A stretch of 64,000 bases of DNA, taken from NCBI GenBank assembly GCA_027051165.1, contig JALTZZ010000011.1, forward strand, positions 5,556 through 69,555. Reading direction: 5' to 3'. A model generated the notes under the pieces. The model saw nothing but the letters and a program-made list of their open reading frames with translations. It did not search any database and was not told the DNA's origin. Made by a program: the position numbers and the translations under genes. This stretch comes from an archaeon (GTDB lineage: Archaea; Hydrothermarchaeota; Hydrothermarchaeia; JALTZZ01). Below are positions 17,077-26,881 of this stretch, piece after piece (the first letter of the stretch is position 1; each line of letters opens with the position of its first letter).

Positions 17077-17430
17077 ATGGAAGAGTTTCATTGTAACTGT
17101 GCATCTTGTGGTAGATTACCTGAGCAGAAAAAAGGAGTACTTAACCTATGGGTAGAGTCTAAAGATGGCATGCTATGCGAGAATTGCTGGAAAAGAGGGA
17201 TTGATATGTTGAAAGCTTCGGCTATACCGGTGAAAAGAAAATATGAGGTGAAGGAAGCTTTCTGTTGCTTCTGTGTGCTCTGCGGCAGAGCACCTCCCGA
17301 TCCAAAGGTTAAGATATGGGTCGAAACAGAGTTCGGTTGTCTTTGTGAGATCTGCATGAAAAGAATAATGAGAAAAGGTATTGAACGGGAGATAAAGAAA
17401 ATGTTAGGGGGTGCTGAAAATGGTTGTTAA
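17077..17430 (+). CDS. Tandemly duplicated C4 zinc-ribbon protein
   Basis: Two repeats CxxCG(R)xP...W(V)E(T/S)xxGxLCExC... Confidence 0.5.
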   Translation: MEEFHCNCASCGRLPEQKKGVLNLWVESKDGMLCENCWKRGIDMLKASAIPVKRKYEVKEAFCCFCVLCGRAPPDPKVKIWVETEFGCLCEICMKRIMRKGIEREIKKMLGGAENGC

Positions 17431-17701
17431 GGTGCAGATCTTTGTAACCCCAACCTGTCCAAGTTGCGAACCTGTTTTTGAGGAAACTTTCAGAGTGGTT
17501 GAAGAGGTCAGAAGAAAATTAGATATAGAAATTGATGTGGAAAAGATTGATGTAACTAAGAAAGAAAACTTGAAGCTGGCTCTAAAGTATGGGGTTAAAT
17601 CCGTGCCTACAATTGTAGTGTGTGGAAAGGAAGTAATAAGAGGTGTTCCAAATAAAGACACCCTTATAAAGATTATTAGAAAATGTTCAGGTTTTGTGTA
17701 A
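17420..17701 (+). CDS. Glutaredoxin/thioredoxin-like small redox protein (CPSC)
   Basis: VTPTCPSCEP active site; GGGGGTG RBS 7 nt upstream of the ATG at 17420. Confidence 0.65.
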   Translation: MVVKVQIFVTPTCPSCEPVFEETFRVVEEVRRKLDIEIDVEKIDVTKKENLKLALKYGVKSVPTIVVCGKEVIRGVPNKDTLIKIIRKCSGFV

Positions 17702-17840
17702 ATTTTTTTATTGGTTGAAATTTTTCAGATAAGCAAAAAATTGCTTTTTATTTAGAATAAATTAATAAACTAACAGATAACCCTCCTGCATCACCCATTT
17801 AGGGTTGCTATAAAATTTACAAGAGTTCCACCAAAGTTTT

Positions 17841-17852
17841 TCACAGCTGTGA
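17841..17852. promoter_or_regulatory. Perfect 12-nt palindrome TCACAGCTGTGA (operator-like), copy 1 of 3
   Basis: Self-complementary; near-copies at 17929-17940 and 18639-18650. Confidence 0.4.
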
Positions 17853-17928
17853 GAATCAGGAACTTATAAGAATTTTATAGAATTGCTATAAGCATGCACA
17901 ACCAAGTTGGCAATCAATTGACAATTTC

Positions 17929-17940
17929 TCACAACTGTGA
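17929..17940. promoter_or_regulatory. Near-palindrome TCACAACTGTGA, copy 2
   Basis: One mismatch to copy 1; sits just 3' of vapC. Confidence 0.35.
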
Positions 17941-17946
17941 AGACAT

Positions 17947-18421
17947 CTAAATCTGATATCTTTTCCTCAATTCTTTTTTAATCTCATCTAAGCTTTTACC
18001 CTTAAGTAATTCCTCAACAGCCTTTGTATCCAAAGCTAAAAACTTCTCAGACTTAAGACCATATATTATAAAATCCCTATCGTTAGTCCATATCGGTATA
18101 TTAAGCTTCAAAGCCAATGCAATAAAAGGAGAATCCTTAACATCGAAATTCTTCGCAATTTCATAAGCTTCATTTAATTTATCTTTATAGTAGAACTCTG
18201 GTATCACCTTCAAAACCTTTGGGAACTTCTGTGTCAGGATATAAAGTATCTGATCTTCCGATAAAGAAATTTTGTCTTATTTCGTAAAATATATAAGCAG
18301 GAACATATAGGGATAATCTTCTGCCAAATATAAACCTCTTAATCTTTAAACTCTTTATTAAAGCAGAAACGATAATATTCGTATCAACTACAAGTCTAAC
18401 ATTTTCTCGATTTTTTTCCAT
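17947..18421 (-). pseudogene. vapC: PIN-domain toxin VapC with a single-nt frameshift
   Basis: N-terminal VVDTNIIVSAL (ORF 18185..18421) and C-terminal SPFIALALKLNIPIWTNDRDF (ORF 17947..18213). Upstream of ORF2 the same frame reads coding-like SEDQILYILTQKFPKVLKV, placing the shift near 18285. Confidence 0.55.
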
Positions 18422-18609
18422 GCTCTCTCCTTTATATTTTCACTTATTTTCTCAACTTCATCATCTGATATTCTGGATTCCTCTAAAGACCTTTCCCAGA
18501 TAGCATCTATAATTAGGTCGTGTAAAATTTCATTTATTTTTTCTTTCAACAAGTTTTCTGACTTTTCATCTATCCACTCAGGAACCTCTATTGTAATCGT
18601 CTTAGGCAT
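18388..18609 (-). CDS. Putative antitoxin-like small protein upstream of vapC
   Basis: 73 aa acidic protein overlapping the vapC start; no recognisable domain by eye. Confidence 0.3.
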   Translation of the reverse strand: MPKTITIEVPEWIDEKSENLLKEKINEILHDLIIDAIWERSLEESRISDDEVEKISENIKERAWKKIEKMLDL

Positions 18610-18638
18610 ATCCTTTCACCTATTCTTAACGTCGTTTC

Positions 18639-18650
18639 TCACAGCTGCGA
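18639..18650. promoter_or_regulatory. Near-palindrome TCACAGCTGCGA about 30 nt upstream of the putative antitoxin start, copy 3
   Basis: One mismatch to copy 1; promoter-proximal, consistent with an autoregulatory operator. Confidence 0.35.
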
Positions 18651-18750
18651 AAAGTTGTTCAGAACATTCCTCAGCAAGAACTTAAATGCTTTGAACCTTC
18701 TATCAGAAATAAAGCTCAAGGAATATTTAGATATGGAAAAAAAGGAAAAA

Positions 18751-18791
18751 TATAGCCCGGGGCGGATTCGAACCGCCGTCTCGGGATCCAG
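18751..18791. repeat. Direct repeat partner (attL/attR) within and adjacent to tRNA-Gln
   Basis: Identical 41 nt to 3366-3406. Confidence 0.7.
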
Positions 18792-18826
18792 AGTCCCGAA
18801 TGATTGACCAGCTACACCACCGGGCT
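18753..18826 (-). tRNA. tRNA-Gln (anticodon CUG)
   Basis: Reverse complement AGCCCGGTGGTGTAGCTGGTCAATCATTCGGGACTCTGGATCCCGAGACGGCGGTTCGAATCCGCCCCGGGCTA folds as a cloverleaf: 7-bp acceptor stem, anticodon loop CTCTGGA, T-loop GGTTCGAATCC. No encoded CCA. Confidence 0.85.
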
Positions 18827-18859
18827 GTTGCAGATCAACAATCCTCTAAAACATTAACA

Positions 18860-18870
18860 TTATAAAAATA
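18860..18870 (-). promoter_or_regulatory. TATA-box-like element upstream of tRNA-Gln
   Basis: Minus-strand TTATTTTTATAA about 35 nt upstream of the tRNA 5' end. Confidence 0.35.
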
Positions 18871-19010
18871 ACAAAAAATTAAAAATAAAAAGAATTAAGA
18901 AGTTTTCTTTAGCTTCCAGTAGAAGTCAGTCGTATATAATGGGTCCCCAAATCTTGGATACTTTTTATAGTTAACCTTTCTCAGCTTATCAAAGATCTCA
19001 AAGAAGTTTT

Positions 19011-19853
19011 TCAACGTATCACCCCGGCAAGCTTTTCAAGTCTCCTTATTCTCTCCTCAGTTGGAGGATGCGTGCTGAACAATTTAATAATCGTTCTCCC
19101 GCTTAAAGGATTTACTATGAACATATGCGATGTTGCAGGGTTCGCATCCATGGGTATTTGCCTCACCGCATACTCAAGCTTCCTTAATGCACTCGCAAGT
19201 GCAAGTGGTTTATGAGTGATCTTTGCTCCGGTTTCGTCTGCCATAAATTCTCTTGTTCTTGAAATTGCCAGCTGAATTATTGTGGCAATTATAGGTGCTA
19301 TTATCGCCATTAAGAGTGCACCAACTACTTCAGCCTTATCTCTATCCCTTGCAGAGAAGAGAACAGCCCACTGAGCCATATAGGCAAGCATTGAAATTGC
19401 ACCAGCTATTGTGGCTGCAACCGTGCTTACAAGGGTATCTCTGTTCTTTATATGTGCTATTTCATGCCCAATTACCCCTTCAAGTTCATCATCATCAAGC
19501 AGCCTTAATATTCCCTGAGTAACGGCTACTGCTGCATGATTTGGATCTCTACCAGTTGCAAAGGCGTTTGGAGTTTCAGTTGGTATTATATAGACCTTTG
19601 GCTTTGGTATGCCAGCACTCATTGCAACCCTATCAACGATTCTGTGAAGCCTCGGTGCCTCTGCTGGACTAACTTCTTTAGCACCATACATTGCAAGAAC
19701 GATTTTATCACTATACCAGTATGCGGTGAAGTTCATCAATGCAGCAAAGAGAAAGGCAACGATAACACCTGCAGGACCACCTATAATCGCTCCTATTGCA
19801 AGCAGTATTCCTGTAAGTGCTCCAAGCAGCAAGGCTGTTCTTAACATTCCCAT
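19011..19853 (-). CDS. htpX: HtpX-type M48 zinc metalloprotease
   Basis: [10 protein letters not shown] HExxH motif; TM segments; 280 aa. Confidence 0.85.
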   Translation of the reverse strand: MGMLRTALLLGALTGILLAIGAIIGGPAGVIVAFLFAALMNFTAYWYSDKIVLAMYGAKEVSPAEAPRLHRIVDRVAMSAGIPKPKVYIIPTETPNAFATGRDPNHAAVAVTQGILRLLDDDELEGVIGHEIAHIKNRDTLVSTVAATIAGAISMLAYMAQWAVLFSARDRDKAEVVGALLMAIIAPIIATIIQLAISRTREFMADETGAKITHKPLALASALRKLEYAVRQIPMDANPATSHMFIVNPLSGRTIIKLFSTHPPTEERIRRLEKLAGVIR

Positions 19854-19859
19854 AATTCA

Positions 19860-20252
19860 TCACCTCATATCTAGTTCTTCTTCAGCAAGAGGCTTTATAT
19901 CAACCACCGGAGTTCCGTCAATAGCATCTAAATATTTTACTCTTATAATATTTTTTTCGATACTTAGAACTTTAACAATTGCAAATCCTATTGGATTGGG
20001 TCTATCCGGACTTCTTGTTGCAAAGATACCTCTGTTTTTAATCTCAGAAAACAGAACATCTCTTTTTGCTTTATGCATCCAGTATAGTATTATCAGGTAT
20101 TTATAATTATCTAAACCAATCAATCCTCTTTTAAATTCATCGTATATCACAATTTCAGATACTTCTTCCGTTAAAAAGCCTTGCTTTGGAGCTTCATCCC
20201 TACTTTTAAATTTCGACTTTATATATCCTATTGGAACTATTTTATAATGCAT
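19860..20252 (-). CDS. TsaA/TrmO (YaeB) family protein
   Basis: FATRSPDRPNPIG and GTPVVDIKP motifs. Confidence 0.65.
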   Translation of the reverse strand: MHYKIVPIGYIKSKFKSRDEAPKQGFLTEEVSEIVIYDEFKRGLIGLDNYKYLIILYWMHKAKRDVLFSEIKNRGIFATRSPDRPNPIGFAIVKVLSIEKNIIRVKYLDAIDGTPVVDIKPLAEEELDMR

Positions 20253-20805
20253 TAAAAAACTCCTCCAGCCAGCTTATTTTACCCGGCATGTATTTTTCTA
20301 TTGGTTTTCCATTTTTAAAAGTTTTTATAATTTCTAATACTTCCTCCGCAACATCTTTAGGACTTTTTCCTGTAGTGTCTATTTCAAACACGTTTTTATG
20401 GTTTTCAACGCTTTCTATTAGACACACATCCAAAGCTTCTGCCTCAACATTCTCTCTTACCTTTTTACTGTTATATCCTCTTTTTTCAAGCCTTTTCTTT
20501 AGCTCGTTTGGGTGCAATCTGAGAACAATAACAACATCACCATCAAGAAAGTGAGATAAATGACCCTCTATTATAACATTGTTTTCATTTTTTAATTTTT
20601 CTTTAAGTTTCTCAATATCAACAACATTTGTTTCACGCTCTTCATCATATTCAAGAATTAAATCCCTATTATTTTCAACGAACTTGCCTATATCAATAAC
20701 TTTATATTTAAGCTCTTTACCAACTATCTTCGCCACGGTGCTTTTGCCAACACCAGGGGTTCCAGTTATTAAAATTCTCATAAAAATTATTAAAATTGTT
20801 GACAA
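20242..20805 (-). CDS. AK6/Fap7-like nucleoside-triphosphatase (archaeal adenylate-kinase-like)
   Basis: P-loop ITGTPGVGKSTVAK; 187 aa. Confidence 0.65.
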   Translation of the reverse strand: MSTILIIFMRILITGTPGVGKSTVAKIVGKELKYKVIDIGKFVENNRDLILEYDEERETNVVDIEKLKEKLKNENNVIIEGHLSHFLDGDVVIVLRLHPNELKKRLEKRGYNSKKVRENVEAEALDVCLIESVENHKNVFEIDTTGKSPKDVAEEVLEIIKTFKNGKPIEKYMPGKISWLEEFFNAL

Positions 20806-20974
20806 CTATTTTTCTTTTTGGAATCGTTAGTTTTAAGATCCATTGCTTTTTTAAAGGTTTCTGATAATAAGGAAAAGTCTTCTCGAATTCATCAACAATA
20901 AAATAGGGAAAAAATGCTCAAACAAGGGATATATCAAAGAAAATGCAAAACGATAAAAAGAAAAATAAAACACT

Positions 20975-22045
20975 TCAGTTACGAGAGTGATCTTTAATAA
21001 AAAGAGATATCAAAAAGGCGGAGAATGAAATTATACTGGCGAGTATTAATGTTGCACGATAACCGAAGAACTCTGCTGAAAATCCTCCAAGAATAGGACC
21101 TAAAGCTAAACAAAAACCTTGAATACTGTGTAGAATTCCTACAGCAGTTGTTTTTTCAATATTTTTTTTAGTTAAGTAGTTTAAAGTTCCTAAATAGAGG
21201 AATGCCCACCCAGAGCCAAGAACAGCATTTGAAAAGATACCATGGTATATATTTTTAGTTTGAGAAAAAAGAAACATTCCTAAGGATGTGAGAAGGATCC
21301 CAATTCTCATTGATTTAATAGGATCAACGTTTTCTATTCTTCTGAAAACGAAGAACTGGGTTATATGGTTTGTAATGTATATTATGCTGATCCCAATCTT
21401 TGGTATGCCTACTGTAATATATAAATAAACGGGAAGAATAGCCCATGCCATGTGAGCACCGATGTGCCTAAGCATGAACGGCAAATAAACGGAAAAGTTT
21501 TTCCTTATAATTCTAACCGGCATCTTTTCTACATAGACTTTGTTTTTATCTCTCTGAATAAATAAACTGAAAAAGAAAGCTGCTAAAAAACATAAACCAC
21601 CAAAAAGGAAGACATTTTTCTGAACTGCAAGAACACCAGCAACAGCTTGACCAAATATCCAGCTTAAGCTTGATAGAGAAATAAAACCGCCGAGCTTTCT
21701 CCTAAGCTCGTATGCGTAGACAACAACCGCAGAGAAGAACATTCCGGTTGAAAATCCGTTTAAAAATCTTAAAATTGAGAATAAAAAAGGAGTATTGGCA
21801 AATGCAAGAAGAAACGATGTAACAGCAGCAAAAAACAGCCCTATATTTATAACAATCTTTTTTCCGTGGACATCGGCAAACCTTCCAAAAATAAAGGAAG
21901 AAAGAAAGGAAGCTAAGCCGTATGATGCAACTATTATTCCAATCTGCCAGTCCTTTGATCCTATTTCTTTGGCAAATATTGGAACGAAGAGCATTGCAGA
22001 AGCTATTGACGTGCTTGCAAGAATCTGTATTCCCTCTATCCGCAT
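20975..22045 (-). CDS. MFS transporter
   Basis: 356 aa, 12 TM pattern. Confidence 0.6.
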   Translation of the reverse strand: MRIEGIQILASTSIASAMLFVPIFAKEIGSKDWQIGIIVASYGLASFLSSFIFGRFADVHGKKIVINIGLFFAAVTSFLLAFANTPFLFSILRFLNGFSTGMFFSAVVVYAYELRRKLGGFISLSSLSWIFGQAVAGVLAVQKNVFLFGGLCFLAAFFFSLFIQRDKNKVYVEKMPVRIIRKNFSVYLPFMLRHIGAHMAWAILPVYLYITVGIPKIGISIIYITNHITQFFVFRRIENVDPIKSMRIGILLTSLGMFLFSQTKNIYHGIFSNAVLGSGWAFLYLGTLNYLTKKNIEKTTAVGILHSIQGFCLALGPILGGFSAEFFGYRATLILASIISFSAFLISLFIKDHSRN

Positions 22046-22089
22046 GGTTTAGAATATCGTTGTGCGTTTATTAAGTAGTTTTCGACTAC

Positions 22090-23259
22090 TTAGCAAATTG
22101 CAAAGAGAAGAGAAAGCAAGTATGTAAGTGCACTTGAAATGATAATATAGATATAAACACGATTTATATTAGCTCTATAAAGTTTTGCGGTAAGGACGAG
22201 GCAGAGATGTAGCGGAGATACCATTACACCTATGTATCCAGATAGAAACGCTAAAAAAAGATTTCTTTCTTCTTCAACAAAGTTTATAAGAACGGGCATT
22301 GCTATAGACCCAAAAGAAAGCTCTATGCCAGTTGCAAGTCCTACAACGAAAGAGAGAAGAAGCGAGGAGAGATATACATTTAAAAAAGAGGTATCCCTAA
22401 GAAACTTTTCTGCAGCATTTATTTCAACTATAATATTTTTGTAGAGCATTATTCCAAAGACGAGAACAAATACTGTATAGTCGAAGCTCTTTACTATTGC
22501 TTTTATCTGATCCAAATTTGGTTTCCTGAGAATAAAAGTTAGAAGCAATGAAAAAACGAGTGCAGAAAGAAGGTTCCATATAATAGCCGTTAAAATTAAA
22601 ACAATTATTGGAGAAAATGCGACAAAAAACCTAAAAATAGGCTTTTTGCATGGTGCATTGTAAGCTCTTTTTTCATTGACATCTTTAATTCCAAGTGCAA
22701 GAATAACAAGAATGCCTGAGATAAAAGAAGCTATAGCTATTGGATACGTTGTCTTTATTATGTCAAAGACGTTTTTATCAAGAACAGCTGCAGAAATTAT
22801 TATTGCTGGATAGAGAGGCCAAGAGGAGACCCAAACATGCCTCAACCAGTAGTTTATAAATGTAGCCTTAGAGGGCTCTATACCGTATCTTTTCACAAGG
22901 TCTTTTATCATCATAGCTGAAATTAGAGCTCCGCCCGGCATTGGAATAAGCCCTATTAAAAGAGGTATAAGGATTATTGAGTATTTTTTAGCAACTGAAT
23001 CTACAGAACATGTTATTTCTTTCATAAAACCGAGGACGTTCATCGAAAAGCTTAGCAGCAGTGCTAAAGATACTACTGCAAGGAGATTTAATGTAGATGA
23101 GCTTGCGGCAGTTTCAACAGACACTTTAACAAGGTTTTCTGGTTCAGTAATAATTCCGAGGAAAAATGCACCTATAAGTATAGAATAGGCTATATCTACT
23201 TTTCTTATAAGGATCATTACAAGGAATATTGATAAAATTAGTGCAAGGGTTTCGTTCAT
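22090..23259 (-). CDS. Polytopic membrane protein, probable transporter
   Basis: 389 aa, at least 10 hydrophobic segments. Confidence 0.35.
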   Translation of the reverse strand: MNETLALILSIFLVMILIRKVDIAYSILIGAFFLGIITEPENLVKVSVETAASSSTLNLLAVVSLALLLSFSMNVLGFMKEITCSVDSVAKKYSIILIPLLIGLIPMPGGALISAMMIKDLVKRYGIEPSKATFINYWLRHVWVSSWPLYPAIIISAAVLDKNVFDIIKTTYPIAIASFISGILVILALGIKDVNEKRAYNAPCKKPIFRFFVAFSPIIVLILTAIIWNLLSALVFSLLLTFILRKPNLDQIKAIVKSFDYTVFVLVFGIMLYKNIIVEINAAEKFLRDTSFLNVYLSSLLLSFVVGLATGIELSFGSIAMPVLINFVEEERNLFLAFLSGYIGVMVSPLHLCLVLTAKLYRANINRVYIYIIISSALTYLLSLLFAIC

Positions 23260-23334
23260 GATGATACTGTTTAGAAATTATTTATCCACGTAAAAATTTT
23301 TAGAAATAAATAAAAAATAGGGAGGTGAAGTTGT

Positions 23335-24153
23335 TTGCTAAAAATAACTGTTCTTGTTGACAACACCGTTATAAAGCCGATGGGATTAAAAGGGGAGCAC
23401 GGACTAAGCATGCTTATAGAGAAAGATGGGAAAAAAGTTCTCTTTGATACCGGACAAAGTGATATCTTATTAAAAAACTTAATGAAGCTTGATATAGATG
23501 TAGATTTTGATGCTGTAGTCGTTAGCCATGGACACTACGACCATGCTGGGGGCTTAAAGGCTGTATTGGAAAATACAAGCACAAAGGTTTTCATACACAG
23601 AGAGGCGTTTAAAACCAGATATGCGGAAGAACCTTTTAAAGGGTTTATAGGAATTCCGTTTAAAAAAGAGGTTATAGAGGATCTTGGAGATGTTATATAT
23701 ATAGACAGAGCAAGAGAGATCATAAAAGACGTTTGGGTGAGCGGATATGTTGAGAGAATAACTCCTTTTGAAAAAGGAGATTCAAGACTCTATTTTATAG
23801 AAAATGGAAAAAAAGTAGCCGACATCGTAGAAGATGACATGAGCCTTTATATAAAGACAAAAAAAGGCTTAATAATTGTTCTCGGATGTGCACATGCTGG
23901 CTTAGTAAATATTATAGAGCATGCAAGAAGAACAACGGGAGTCGAGAAGATTTGCGGAATAATCGGTGGCACACATCTCGGACTCGTAGGCAAGGAGCAG
24001 AGAAGAAAAACAATAAAATTTCTCAAGAGCTTAGATTTTGAATTTATAGCACCAAACCACTGCACAACGCAAAGCGTAATAGCCGAGCTCAAGGGCATTT
24101 TTGGAGACAGGCTTCTATTCGCTGGAGTAGGATTTGAGCATGAATTTAGCTAA
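23335..24153 (+). CDS. MBL-fold metallo-hydrolase
   Basis: VSHGHYDHAGG motif; GGAGGTGA RBS before a TTG start. Confidence 0.7.
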   Translation: MLKITVLVDNTVIKPMGLKGEHGLSMLIEKDGKKVLFDTGQSDILLKNLMKLDIDVDFDAVVVSHGHYDHAGGLKAVLENTSTKVFIHREAFKTRYAEEPFKGFIGIPFKKEVIEDLGDVIYIDRAREIIKDVWVSGYVERITPFEKGDSRLYFIENGKKVADIVEDDMSLYIKTKKGLIIVLGCAHAGLVNIIEHARRTTGVEKICGIIGGTHLGLVGKEQRRKTIKFLKSLDFEFIAPNHCTTQSVIAELKGIFGDRLLFAGVGFEHEFS

Positions 24154-24979
24154 ACTTTTAGTTTTAGTAATATTATTAATGTCTGCATGCATAGGTGAAG
24201 AAAAAGAGGAAAAAAATGTTGTTGTGGTTACTATATATCCGCTATATGAAATTACGAAAGAGATAGCTGGAGATAGGTTGGAGGTTGTATCTGTTATGCC
24301 ACCTAATGCCGATATGCACACCTTTGAGCCTGATCCAAAAACCCTTGCATACATCGAAAAGGCAAAGGCTGTTGTTTTTACTGGAACTCTCTCCGAGACT
24401 TGGGAGAAAAGGATATACAAAAGGGCTAAAAATTTAAACAAAAAGATTATAAATGCATCTGAGGGAGTAAAAATAATAGAAGGGGACCCTCACTTTTGGA
24501 TATCTATAAAAAATGCTATCATTATTGTAGAAAATATCAAAAATCGTCTTAAGGAGATAGATCCAGAAAATGCTGAATATTATGAAAAAAATGCAGAAAA
24601 TTTTATTAAAAAACTCAAAGAACTTGATATAGAGTATAAAAATGCATTAAACACTTGTAGTAAAAAAATTATTATTGTTACACATCCAGCGTATACTTAT
24701 TTAGCAGAAGAATACGGTTTTGAGCAGATACCGATATATGAGGTTCATGAAGTTGAACCTTCTCCGAAAAGAATAAAAGAAATTATAGAAAAAGCGAAAA
24801 AAGAGAAAATAAAATTTATTCTATACGAAAAAGGTTTTGACAAAAAAATTGCGGAAACCTTAGCGAGAGAGATAAATGCGGAGCTTCTTGAGGTAAATCC
24901 AATTATTTCTGGGAATTATATAGAAACTATGAAGAGGAATCTTGAAGCTTTTAAGGTGGCGATGGAATGTTCGCAGTAG
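24134..24979 (+). CDS. Metal (Zn/Mn) ABC transporter substrate-binding lipoprotein, ZnuA-like
   Basis: Signal peptide with lipobox LMSAC; cluster 9 SBP-like; followed by ABC ATPase and permease. Confidence 0.65.
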   Translation: MSMNLAKLLVLVILLMSACIGEEKEEKNVVVVTIYPLYEITKEIAGDRLEVVSVMPPNADMHTFEPDPKTLAYIEKAKAVVFTGTLSETWEKRIYKRAKNLNKKIINASEGVKIIEGDPHFWISIKNAIIIVENIKNRLKEIDPENAEYYEKNAENFIKKLKELDIEYKNALNTCSKKIIIVTHPAYTYLAEEYGFEQIPIYEVHEVEPSPKRIKEIIEKAKKEKIKFILYEKGFDKKIAETLAREINAELLEVNPIISGNYIETMKRNLEAFKVAMECSQ

Positions 24980-25647
24980 AAATGGAAGATGTATCGTTTT
25001 CCTATGCAAAGCAAGAGGTTCTCAAGGATGTAAATCTCAAAATAAGCATTGGAGATTTTGTGGGAATTATAGGTCCAAACGGCTCTGGAAAAACAACATT
25101 AATAAAATTAATGCTTGGCATTATAAAACCAAAAAGGGGAAAAATAAGGATTTTTGGAAAAGAGATAGAAGAATTCAGAAAATGGGATTTAATAGGGTAT
25201 GTTCCACAGAAATTTGTAATTTCAAGTAGCTTTCCAGCAACCGTTGAAGAGATACTCTTATCAAGCGGAAGCGTTGATCATGACATCTTAGAAAGATTTG
25301 ATATAGATAAAATCTTGAAGAAGAAATTTGTTGAGCTCAGCGGTGGAGAGCAGCAGAGAGTTTTACTTGCTGTAGCTCTATTAAAAGATCCACAGCTGCT
25401 TATCCTTGATGAGCCAACGGTAAGCATAGACTTTGAAACACAGACAGAGTTTTATAGCATCCTCAGAGAAGAAAACAAAAAAGGGAAAACAATAATTCTC
25501 GTTTCTCACGATGTTGGAATGGTTTATGAGCACGTAAAGACTGTTATCTTTGTAAATAGAGGTATATGCTGCATAACAAAAACAAAAGAGGAAATTTATA
25601 GTGTATATGGGAAATCGTTTAGAAGATTTAACCACAGGCATGATTAG
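24967..25647 (+). CDS. ABC transporter ATP-binding protein (ZnuC-like)
   Basis: Walker A GPNGSGKTT, signature LSGGEQQR, Walker B LLILDEP. Confidence 0.8.
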   Translation: MFAVEMEDVSFSYAKQEVLKDVNLKISIGDFVGIIGPNGSGKTTLIKLMLGIIKPKRGKIRIFGKEIEEFRKWDLIGYVPQKFVISSSFPATVEEILLSSGSVDHDILERFDIDKILKKKFVELSGGEQQRVLLAVALLKDPQLLILDEPTVSIDFETQTEFYSILREENKKGKTIILVSHDVGMVYEHVKTVIFVNRGICCITKTKEEIYSVYGKSFRRFNHRHD

Positions 25648-25655
25648 GTGTTTCC

Positions 25656-26450
25656 ATGGTGTTTGAATATGTGTTCATGAAAAATGCATTGCTCGCTGGC
25701 GTTGCCATTGCTGGAGCATGCTCACTCTTAGGAGTCTTTTTAATACTGAGAAATTTAGCAATGCTTGGCGATGGCTTGGCTCATGCTTCCTTCGGCGGTA
25801 TAGCGGCTGGTATACTTTTTAAGATAAATCCGATAGTATCAGCATTTTTATTTGCCTTGGCAAATGCAGTTGCTGTTAAAAAGCTTATGAAGAACAGGGT
25901 TTATGGTGATGCAGCAATAGCGGTAATATTTTCTTTTGGAATGGCACTGGCGGTTATGCTAATAGGTATAGCAAAGGCATTTAAATCTGATATATTTTCA
26001 TACCTCTTTGGAAGCATACTTACTGCATCGAAGATTGATGTTGCTTTAGGCTTTATAGTTTTTGCTATAGTCCTCTCTACGATCACGATATTCTATAGAG
26101 AACTCTTTCTTATAAGCTTTAATGAAGAAATAGCTCATGTGAACGGAATAAACGTAGATAGATTCAATACTGTCGTAATACTGCTCGCTTCAGCTGTTGT
26201 AGTGGTTGCCATAAAAGTTGCCGGCGTTTTGCTCGCATCTTCCTTTTTAGTAATTCCCGCACTAACAGCACTGCAGATTTCTGCTTCTTTTAAAAAATCC
26301 TTGATATTTTCTTTATTATTCAGCGAGATCTCAACGATTCTTGGAATATTCATGTCATTTTATTTAAACGTGCCTACAAGCGGAATCATAGTAATGATAA
26401 TGATATTTATATTTTTAACACTCTTTTTGGCAAAAATTCTAAGAAAATAA
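25656..26450 (+). CDS. ABC transporter permease (ZnuB-like)
   Basis: 264 aa, about 8 TM, immediately after the ATPase. Confidence 0.7.
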   Translation: MVFEYVFMKNALLAGVAIAGACSLLGVFLILRNLAMLGDGLAHASFGGIAAGILFKINPIVSAFLFALANAVAVKKLMKNRVYGDAAIAVIFSFGMALAVMLIGIAKAFKSDIFSYLFGSILTASKIDVALGFIVFAIVLSTITIFYRELFLISFNEEIAHVNGINVDRFNTVVILLASAVVVVAIKVAGVLLASSFLVIPALTALQISASFKKSLIFSLLFSEISTILGIFMSFYLNVPTSGIIVMIMIFIFLTLFLAKILRK

Positions 26451-26467
26451 AAAAATAAAATGGATAA

Positions 26468-26881
26468 TTAACCTACAATTTTTCTGTGAATTTCCTCAAG
26501 CTTTTCTTTATATTCTTCAATAACATCTGGAAACTCAAATTTTATGTTGTCGTTTTCGAACCTTGGAAGTATGTGTATATGCACATGCATTACCTCCTGT
26601 CCACTTGCTCTGCCGTTGTTGCTAACGATGTTATATCCCTCTGCATTCAACTTCTCTTTCAGCAATTTTGCAACATTCTTCACAGATTTTATCAAAGCTG
26701 CTAAATATTCTTCATCCATCTCATCTATTGTTTCAAAGTGCTTCTTTGGAACAACCAACGTATGTGCATAAGCTCTCGGAAATATATCAAGAAAGGCTAC
26801 TGTTTTCTCATCTTCATAAACTTTATATGCGGGAACCTCACCGTTAACTATCTTGCAGAATATGCACATTTTAATCACCAC
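26468..26881 (-). CDS. HIT-family hydrolase
   Basis: HVHIHILPR histidine triad. Confidence 0.75.
   Translation of the reverse strand: MVIKMCIFCKIVNGEVPAYKVYEDEKTVAFLDIFPRAYAHTLVVPKKHFETIDEMDEEYLAALIKSVKNVAKLLKEKLNAEGYNIVSNNGRASGQEVMHVHIHILPRFENDNIKFEFPDVIEEYKEKLEEIHRKIVG

Noticed and set aside
17700-17946. Possible small RNA in the 246-nt gap between the glutaredoxin gene and vapC
   Set aside because: No conserved ncRNA structure recognisable by eye (no C/D box or K-turn motifs). The palindromes there look like protein-binding operators rather than RNA stems.
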